Below are positions 28,685 through 35,060 of a DNA stretch of 64,000 nt, piece after piece. Both the position numbers and the translations under genes were made by a program. The notes under the pieces were generated by a model. The model was not told the origin of the DNA. It saw only the letters and a list, made by a program, of their open reading frames with translations, and did no database searches. Source of the stretch: an uncultured Ardenticatenaceae bacterium. Its GTDB lineage: Bacteria > Chloroflexota > Anaerolineae > Promineifilales > Promineifilaceae. Location of the stretch: the NCBI GenBank assembly GCA_964410625.1, contig CAYPHY010000009.1, positions 48,992 through 112,991 of the forward strand, given 5' to 3'. Numbering within the stretch: the stretch's first letter is position 1; each line of letters opens with the position of its first letter.

Positions 28685-31429
28685 TTACTGCAACAAGGTA
28701 ACCATGTCGCGGGCATCGGAATGATCAGGGAAGAGTGCAATAAAATCTGTTAGATCATCTATAGCCATCTGAATCAAGTGCAGTGGAGGCTTTTCAAAAA
28801 GTCCGATTTGATATAACCTACGTGCTTCTGTCGTCTGGTTCGCAGCAAGATAGTATAAGGCGAGGTTAAATCCATTTAGCCAGTCATGAGGATTTGCTTG
28901 ATAGGCTTCTTTCGCTTTTCGTATTGCTTCTGATAGATCTACCATTGCTTTTGTCGTTTGTGCCAGGGTTAAGTAGGTTATACCACGTTGATAATAATTC
29001 CAGTCTGATCCTTCAAGTCCAACAACGAATTCAAAATCGGCAAGTGCAGCTTCGTACAGTTTCATTAATCGGTAGCTCTCTCCGCGACTAGAAATGGCAG
29101 AAATTTCGTTTGGATCAATTGCAACAACATAATTGTAATCAACTAATGCCAGTTCTAGCTCTCCTTTATCCCTATAGACATTACCTCGATTGTAGTAGGC
29201 AGCAACCATTTCTGAGTCAAGTCCAATAGCCTTGTTGAAATCGGTCAAAGCTTCATCCAGCTTTCCCAGCTTTGCGTGAATAAAGCCCCTGTTAGCGTAT
29301 GTAGCTGCCACTTCTGGGCGAAGTTTAATTGCGTGGTTGTAGTCAGCTAGGGCCTCGGCTAGTCTTCCCTGTTCAGCATAGCTAAGCCCCCGATTATTGT
29401 AGGCAGCAGCAAAGTCTGGGTCAACCTCAATTGCGCAGTTGTAGTCAGTAATGCTTCGGTCTACTTCTCCCAACTTGGCATAAGTATTGCCTCGATTGTA
29501 GTAGGCAAACGCATATTTAGGGTCAAGTGCTATAGCACGGTTGTAATCAACTAGTGCTTTGTCTAGATTCCCCTGTTTGACATGCACGTTGCCCCTGTTG
29601 TAATAAGCAGTAGCATCATTCGGATTGAGGGCAATAGCGCATTCATGATCGGCCTGGGCTAACTCCCACTTTCCTTGATCGGCATATGCGAGACCACGAT
29701 TGTTGTAAGCGATAGCAAGTTCTGGATCAAGCGTAAGCGCGCGGTTGTAATCAAGTAATGCGAGTTCTAGCATCCCCAAGTCTTTATAAACATTCCCCCG
29801 ATTGTTATAGGCGATGGCGTACTCCCCGTTAACTTCGATAGCACGAGTGTAATCAGCTAAAGCCTGATCCAATTTCCCTTGTATTTTATAGATCTTACCT
29901 CGGTTGCTATAAGCTGTAGCGTCTCCAGGTTCGAGTAAGATAGCATGATTGTAATCCATCAGAGCCAGGTCTAGTTTTCCCTGGTCTTCGTAGGCTAGAC
30001 CACGGTTGTTATAAAGTCCATGATGGAGATTAAGCATCAATGCAGTAGTATATAGGCGAATAGCTGTTTCGATCTTGCCCTGGTTACGGATAGTAAACGC
30101 CAAGTTAAATAAAGCCCACATGTGAGGAATAGCGCTTGGGTGGAGACGTTGTAATCGTAAGAACCGCCAGATGCGTCGATGATGAAGCAAAAAGGCAACA
30201 ATTTGTTCTGTGGCATGGTTAGGGGTGAGACGCCCTTCTGTGAGAACATCAGGATAGATAATTTGATCTGACCTTGAGATAATATCAAATTGGGCAAGGT
30301 AGGCTAGGTCACTGCTTAAGCGCCTATTTGCAAACCAGGGAATAAGCCAACGACGCTCATAGCTCCATAGCTTTGCGGCATATTGAAGTAATAAGGTTGT
30401 GTAACTAGGGATCCTGGCCGCGTAGAAAGTATCCAAGGCTGCAAACAGGTAACGAGTAGCAGGTCTGTGCTTTTGGATATCGTTGCGTACATTAGCCCAA
30501 GTCTGGGCTAAGCTTTCGCGAACGAAGCGTTGAGCGGTTTCTAGATCTATATAGGTCCATCCGCTAGTATCGAGTCGACGGAAATTGAGCAAGGTCAGCT
30601 CGGGTGTGCCGTCGCGGCCTTCAATGAAAGCTTGGCGAGCCGTATCATCGAGTTGGAGTTCATAGAGATCAGTGGCGTTTTCTACCAGGTATCGGGTTTG
30701 AAGCTCGTCGAGAGGGGGAAGCTCGAGGAAGAGAAAGTGTTGTCGTTCAAGCCACTTCTTTTGTGCTACGGTTAGCTGATCAAGACGAGCGGTTGCGATA
30801 ATGAATGCAGCCTTGACTTGGTCTAACACTGCAAGGGCAGCGGCGAGTTGGTCAAGATCGGAATCGGCAAAGGATTGGGGCAGGTCTTCAAGCAGAAGGA
30901 GGATCGACAAATGGGGGTGGAGAGAGCGATCCAGAGCTTGGCGAAGACTCTCAACGTTGAGGAAGCGAAATTCGGGGGCGGGTTCGTAAAGGCAATTTTC
31001 GAAGACTACTTCTTGGGCGATAGCACGGCGGATAAGTTCGGCGGCTTCACGGCTTTTGCCGATTTTCATGCGGCCGGTGATGAGGATGCGGTGGTGGCGA
31101 TAGAGGAGGTCGGGATGGGTAATTTGGCGATCAATCCAGTTGATGGCGGCGCTGCGGCCAAAGCGTTGCATGAGTTCATCGAGGGTGATGGGGCGGAGTG
31201 GGTTGGTGAGGAGGGGGTCGGGAGTACGGTCGAATAATCTATCGAGGAGTTGAAGACCATCGTTGAAAGCGGAAAGTGCAGCAAGGACAGCAGGGACGAC
31301 CACACCAAGAAGGAAAAGCGCGTTTCTCCAGGGTTGGGGGAGCAGGGATGGAACGAACCAGCTTATACTAAATAGTAAAGCGGATGGGATTATGATGATA
31401 AGGGCAAGGTGAAGCAATGGCCGGTTCAT
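28685..31429 (-). CDS. Membrane-anchored P-loop NTPase (STAND/AAA-like) with about 11 C-terminal TPR repeats
   Basis: Two N-terminal TM helices (aa ~5-25 and 37-55), Walker A ITGRMKIGKS (nt 31052-31075) and Walker B-like LSILLLLEDL. A helical region is followed by tandem 34-aa TPR units (A.A/YNNRG..Y...G....A..DYN.AI.L.P) across nt ~28880-30000. Confidence 0.8.
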   Translation of the reverse strand: MNRPLLHLALIIIIPSALLFSISWFVPSLLPQPWRNALFLLGVVVPAVLAALSAFNDGLQLLDRLFDRTPDPLLTNPLRPITLDELMQRFGRSAAINWIDRQITHPDLLYRHHRILITGRMKIGKSREAAELIRRAIAQEVVFENCLYEPAPEFRFLNVESLRQALDRSLHPHLSILLLLEDLPQSFADSDLDQLAAALAVLDQVKAAFIIATARLDQLTVAQKKWLERQHFLFLELPPLDELQTRYLVENATDLYELQLDDTARQAFIEGRDGTPELTLLNFRRLDTSGWTYIDLETAQRFVRESLAQTWANVRNDIQKHRPATRYLFAALDTFYAARIPSYTTLLLQYAAKLWSYERRWLIPWFANRRLSSDLAYLAQFDIISRSDQIIYPDVLTEGRLTPNHATEQIVAFLLHHRRIWRFLRLQRLHPSAIPHMWALFNLAFTIRNQGKIETAIRLYTTALMLNLHHGLYNNRGLAYEDQGKLDLALMDYNHAILLEPGDATAYSNRGKIYKIQGKLDQALADYTRAIEVNGEYAIAYNNRGNVYKDLGMLELALLDYNRALTLDPELAIAYNNRGLAYADQGKWELAQADHECAIALNPNDATAYYNRGNVHVKQGNLDKALVDYNRAIALDPKYAFAYYNRGNTYAKLGEVDRSITDYNCAIEVDPDFAAAYNNRGLSYAEQGRLAEALADYNHAIKLRPEVAATYANRGFIHAKLGKLDEALTDFNKAIGLDSEMVAAYYNRGNVYRDKGELELALVDYNYVVAIDPNEISAISSRGESYRLMKLYEAALADFEFVVGLEGSDWNYYQRGITYLTLAQTTKAMVDLSEAIRKAKEAYQANPHDWLNGFNLALYYLAANQTTEARRLYQIGLFEKPPLHLIQMAIDDLTDFIALFPDHSDARDMVTLLQ

Positions 31430-31493
31430 GGTGGTCTGTTTTGAGTTGTCCTCCCTGGGGGATTATGGCGGGAATGGAGGGAATTTGCAAGGG

Positions 31494-31570
31494 GTGGCAG
31501 GTGGCAAGTAGCAGGTGGCAGTAAGCGGTAATCGGTGTTTGGTGATTGGTGGTGGGTGAGGGGTGGGATA
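31494..31570 (+). repeat. Heptamer array (GTGGCAG family, 11 in-phase units)
   Basis: gtggcag gtggcaa gtagcag gtggcag taagcgg taatcgg tgtttgg tgattgg tggtggg tgagggg tgggata. It lies in the divergent spacer between the STAND gene and the terminase island. Confidence 0.8.
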
Positions 31571-31653
31571 CGCGGGTTGGCAACCTGCGCTGCGAGAGGT
31601 GCAGAGTGCGGGTGCGTCGGAGGGAGGTGGGGGAGTAGAATGGGGGAGGGAAT

Positions 31654-31688
31654 GGTTAATTGTCAATTGTGAATTGTTAATTGTGAAT
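31654..31688 (+). repeat. Heptamer array (TGTNAAT family)
   Basis: ggttaat tgtcaat tgtgaat tgttaat tgtgaat. Similar arrays precede each island ORF (31965-32000, 32390-32420). Confidence 0.75.
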
Positions 31689-31944
31689 GGAGGCGGGGAT
31701 GGTTAGGGGTGAGGAGGTGGATGTGGAGTTGGAGGTGGCAGCGGCGCGGGGGGTGTTGCGGCGGTTGGTGGAGATGATGGCGGATCAGCGGAATCCGACG
31801 CTGGTGATGGCGTTGAGCCGGGAGATTGCGCGGCAGGTGGAGGTGATTGGGGGGTTGTTGGGGAGGAAGCGAGATGGGGGAGAGGGAGAGGCGTGGTTGA
31901 TGGGGGTTGTGGAGGAGGTGTTGGGGGAGAAGGATGAGGGATGA
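31687..31944 (+). CDS. Hypothetical protein of the G-rich island
   Basis: 85-aa ORF in a stretch where random stops are expected about every 20 codons. 26 of its first 30 codons end in G and none in C. No motif recognised. Confidence 0.5.
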   Translation: MEAGMVRGEEVDVELEVAAARGVLRRLVEMMADQRNPTLVMALSREIARQVEVIGGLLGRKRDGGEGEAWLMGVVEEVLGEKDEG

Positions 31945-31998
31945 AGGATGAGGGATGAGGGGGGAGAATGGTTAATGGTGAATTGTTAATTGTGAACG

Positions 31999-32382
31999 GT
32001 GATGAGGGGGGTGCTGATGGGGGAGGAAGGGCTTTCGACGAAGCAGGTGTTGGTTTTGAATGCGTTGTTGGCGGGGAAGTTGAAGCGGGAGGCGGCGGAG
32101 ATGGCGGGGGTGACGCCAAGGACGGTTTCGCGGTGGATGCAGTTGCCGGTGTTTCGGGCGGCTTTGAACCGAGAGGCGGCGGAGTTGAGTATGGTGACAT
32201 CGTATTTGTCGGCGCGGGCGGTGGTGAAGGCGTTGGAGCAGTTGATTGCGCTGCTGGAGGGGGATAGTAAGGAGACGTTGAAGGTGAAGGCGGCGATTGG
32301 GGTGTTGCAGCATCATCCGGCGGTGTGGTTGGGGCCGATTGATGCGGAAGTGGTGAAGAGAAGGATGAGGGATGAAGGATGA
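31999..32382 (+). CDS. HTH-domain protein, small-terminase-like by position
   Basis: LSTKQVLVLNALLAGKLKREAAEMAGVTPRTVSRWMQLPVFRAAL is an HTH motif, and the gene lies directly upstream of the TerL-like gene. Start ambiguous: GTG at 31999, or ATG at 32002 or 32017. Confidence 0.55.
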   Translation: MMRGVLMGEEGLSTKQVLVLNALLAGKLKREAAEMAGVTPRTVSRWMQLPVFRAALNREAAELSMVTSYLSARAVVKALEQLIALLEGDSKETLKVKAAIGVLQHHPAVWLGPIDAEVVKRRMRDEG

Positions 32383-32428
32383 AGGGTGAGAATTGTGAAT
32401 TGTCAATTGTTAATGGTGAAGTGGGGGG

Positions 32429-34162
32429 GTGGACATGGAAGATGGGAAGGTTCGGGAAGCGTTGCGGCGGGTGTTGGGGGATGTGGGGCGGTTTTCGCGG
32501 TTTGTGTTGGGAGTGAGGTTGCGGGGATACCAGGCGGAGCCGTTGCGGGAGATCGTGGACTCGATCTTGCGGAAGGAGGGGCGGGAGTTTTTGTTGGTGT
32601 TTCCGCGGCAGGCGGGGAAGAATGAGGCGGTGGCGCAGTTGTTGGCGTATTTGTTGGTGTTGTTGCAGGGACGAGGAGGGAATGTAGTGTTTGCGGCGAT
32701 TGGAGATGGCGTAGGGCGCGGGATGCGGCGGTTGGAGGAGCATTTGGAGAATCCGCTGACGAGGGGACGGTGGGGACGACAGCGACGGCCGGAGGCAAGG
32801 GTGCTGGGGAAGGCGGCGGTGGTGTTTTTGAGTTCGCATCCGTCGGCGAAGGCACGAGGGGAGACGGCGCATCATTTGTTGATTATTGATGAGGCACAGG
32901 ACCAGTATAGCCATCATGTGGAGGCGGTGTTTACGCCGATGCGGGCGGCGAATAATGCGACGGCGGTGTATATGGGGACGGTACGGACGACGAGTGATTT
33001 TTTGTGGCGGAAGAAGCTGGAGCTGGAACGGTTGGAGGAAGGGGATGGGGTACGGCGGGTGTATCTGGTGTCGCCAGAGGAGGTGGTGGCGGAGAATGGG
33101 GATTATGGGCGGTTTTTGGCGGGGCAGATTGCGAAGTATGGGGAGAGGCATCCGATTGTACAGGCGGAATATTTTTTGCGGCCGATGGATAGGGAGGGTG
33201 GGTTGTTCCCGGAGGAACGGCGGCGGTTGATGAGGGGGGTGCATTATCGGAGAATGGGGAGATTAGAGATTGGTGATTGGGAGCGTGCAGAGGAGCAGAG
33301 GAGCAGGGGGGCGGAGGAGAGAATGGTTAATGGTGAAGGGTTAACGGTGAATGGTCAATTGGAGAGTGGACGGTTGTATGTGGCGGCGGTGGATGTGGCG
33401 GGGCAGGATGAGGGGGCGAGCGGGGAGTGGCAGGTGGCAGGTGGCAAGTGGCAGGTAGCAGGGGAAGAATTGGTGAATCCGGGGAGGGATTGGACGGTGG
33501 CGACGGTTTTTGAGGTTAGGGAGGGGGCAGGTAGCATTGGGCCGGGGTATTGGGCGGTGGATGTGTTTGTGGATCATGGGGGGCGGCATTTTCAGGAAGT
33601 GGGAGGACGGCCGAGCCTGGCGGCGCGGCTGTTAGGGTTTTTACGGCATTGGGAAGTGAGTGGGGTGATTGTGGATGCGTCGGGGGTGGGGCAAGGGTTG
33701 GCGGATTGGCTGATGGCGGAGATGGGGAAGCAGCGGGTAATCGCGTACCATTTTGCGGGGCGGGGGCAGAAGGCGATGTTGGGGAGCCGGTTCTTGAGTT
33801 TGATCGAGACGAACCGGTTTAAGTATTGGTGTGGCGATGAACATGAGGTGGGGAGTGATGGGTGGTGGTTTTGGGAGCAGGCGGCGCGTTGTTCGTACCA
33901 TCTGGCGCCGAGGGGGTTGTTTGAACGGGATTTGCAGTGGGGCGTGGGGGAAAACCAGATGGTGGAGACACCGTTGGGACGGGTGAGGGTACATGATGAC
34001 CGGTTGATGTCGGCGGCGTTGATTGCGGAGTATGATTTTTTGGCGCGACAGGGACGAGTGATGATGGGAATGGCACGGAGTGAGATGGTGCGGCCGGTTG
34101 ATCCATTGGAATTGGAGAGTAAGGGGGATGGATTGGGTAGTAGTAGTAGTAGGCGGTCATAG
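32429..34162 (+). CDS. Phage terminase large subunit-like ATPase-nuclease
   Basis: Walker A VFPRQAGKNE (about 32600-32626) and Walker B/catalytic LLIIDEAQDQ (about 32869-32905). RNase-H-like nuclease acidic motifs: YVAAVDVAGQDEG (about 33374-33415), VIVDASGVGQGLADWL and VHDDRLMSAAL. The 577-codon ORF is open despite G/A/T-rich composition. Confidence 0.8.
   Translation: MDMEDGKVREALRRVLGDVGRFSRFVLGVRLRGYQAEPLREIVDSILRKEGREFLLVFPRQAGKNEAVAQLLAYLLVLLQGRGGNVVFAAIGDGVGRGMRRLEEHLENPLTRGRWGRQRRPEARVLGKAAVVFLSSHPSAKARGETAHHLLIIDEAQDQYSHHVEAVFTPMRAANNATAVYMGTVRTTSDFLWRKKLELERLEEGDGVRRVYLVSPEEVVAENGDYGRFLAGQIAKYGERHPIVQAEYFLRPMDREGGLFPEERRRLMRGVHYRRMGRLEIGDWERAEEQRSRGAEERMVNGEGLTVNGQLESGRLYVAAVDVAGQDEGASGEWQVAGGKWQVAGEELVNPGRDWTVATVFEVREGAGSIGPGYWAVDVFVDHGGRHFQEVGGRPSLAARLLGFLRHWEVSGVIVDASGVGQGLADWLMAEMGKQRVIAYHFAGRGQKAMLGSRFLSLIETNRFKYWCGDEHEVGSDGWWFWEQAARCSYHLAPRGLFERDLQWGVGENQMVETPLGRVRVHDDRLMSAALIAEYDFLARQGRVMMGMARSEMVRPVDPLELESKGDGLGSSSSRRS
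33255..33464 (+). repeat. Word-array repeats (GAGATTG, GGTTAATGGTGAA, GTGGCAG families) inserted in frame in the TerL-like gene
   Basis: The encoded peptide is MGRLEIGDWERAEEQRSRGAEERMVNGEGLTVNGQLESG ... GEWQVAGGKWQVAGEE. It flanks the first nuclease acidic motif. The DNA words are identical to those of the intergenic arrays. Confidence 0.75.
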
Positions 34163-34239
34163 AACACCGATTGAAATCGGCGTCTGACACAGGAAACCCG
34201 TTGAAACGGGTTAGCATTGATTAGGCAATTAAAAGTTTG

Positions 34240-34500
34240 CTAGATGGGCGCCAACACAAACTCCCCCAACAACCGATCTGTCAATTGATGGGCTTCGCGC
34301 AGGCGATAATTTTCGCTGGTGATGACGACGACCAGTTCTGAGGCGGGAAAGACGAGTACCCGGTTGCCGCCTGTGCCGGTCATGGACATGCAAGGCATGT
34401 GGTAGGCGGCATGGCGTTGTTCGCCGGAGGGGAAGGATTTGAGTCACCAGAGATAGCCGTATTCGGTGGCGTCGTCTATGCGAGCGTGCGGCCGTTCCGC
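34240..34500 (-). pseudogene. C-terminal fragment of a beta-lactamase-family serine hydrolase (5'-truncated, internal TGA)
   Basis: My minus-strand translation: ANGPHARIDDATEYGYLW*LKSFPSGEQRHAAYHMPCMSMTGTGGNRVLVFPASELVVVITSENYRLREAHQLTDRLLGEFVLAPI*. The YGY.WW and G.GG..v.v.P...lvvv.tsN patterns are typical C-terminal features of the family. There is no start codon or N-terminal half. Confidence 0.55.
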
Positions 34501-34555
34501 CTATTATAACCGGGTTATGCGTTCGATGATATTTGTCGTTATAATTAACCCTACC

Positions 34556-34804
34556 ATGCACCCAAATCTGACTGACACGCACCCGGAAGTGGAAAGGGTT
34601 TTGAATGAAATGCTGCGAGAGGTTCCCGCCTGGCGCAAGCTGGAGATGATGGGACAACTGAATGCGACGGCACGACATTTGGCAATGGAGGGTCTGCGAG
34701 AACGATACCCTGAGGCAACAGAGGCGGAACTGAAACGCCGTATGGCAGATTTACTACTTGGTCATGAATTAGCCGAGAAGGCATATGGCCCCATTGCCAC
34801 CTAA
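34556..34804 (+). CDS. Small helical hypothetical protein (first gene of a two-gene nucleotidyltransferase cassette)
   Basis: 82 aa from the ATG at 34556: MHPNLTDTHPEVERVLNEMLREVPAWRKLEMMGQLNATARHLAMEGLRERYPEATEAELKRRMADLLLG. The stop lies 9 nt before the next ATG. Confidence 0.5.
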   Translation: MHPNLTDTHPEVERVLNEMLREVPAWRKLEMMGQLNATARHLAMEGLRERYPEATEAELKRRMADLLLGHELAEKAYGPIAT

Positions 34805-34813
34805 ACACCGGAA

Positions 34814-34963
34814 ATGTCGGATGAACCTTCCTTCGTCGCCCTATTGGTCATTGAGGTATTTGAAAAGCTGCAAATACCGTATCTCATCGGTGGGTCGTTT
34901 GCCAATACAACTCACGGGCATGTACGTACGACAAGTTCAGTTCGGAAAATAAACCACGGATAG
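34814..34963 (+). pseudogene. Truncated nucleotidyltransferase-fold gene, cut off by a CACGGAT repeat element
   Basis: MSDEPSFVALLVIEVFEKLQIPYLIGGSFANTTHGHVRTTSSVRKINHG*. The IPY.IGGS.A...HG..R.T pattern of minimal nucleotidyltransferases stops just before the expected D.D catalytic motif. The reading frame ends inside the repeat. Confidence 0.5.
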
Positions 34964-35040
34964 ACACGGATCAAACGGATCAATACGGATTTTTGCCAGG
35001 AAATCCGTAAAAATCTGTCAAATCTGTGTAATCCGTGGTT
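34952..35040. repeat. CACGGAT-family inverted-repeat element
   Basis: AACCACGGATAGACACGGATCAAACGGATCAATACGGATTTTT, loop gccagg, then AAATCCGTAAAAATCTGTCAAATCTGTGTAATCCGTGGTT. Confidence 0.8.
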
Positions 35041-35060
35041 AATTCCGAACGCAGGTTTCT

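Noticed and set aside
31703-33244. A 513-aa proline-rich ORF on the minus strand, plus several other long minus-strand ORFs across 31.4-34.2 kb.
   Set aside because: These are artefacts of the extreme C-richness of the minus strand: there are few stop codons and the P/H/Q/S/T sequence is low-complexity. The + strand frames carry recognisable HTH and terminase motifs, so the minus-strand ORFs are shadow ORFs.
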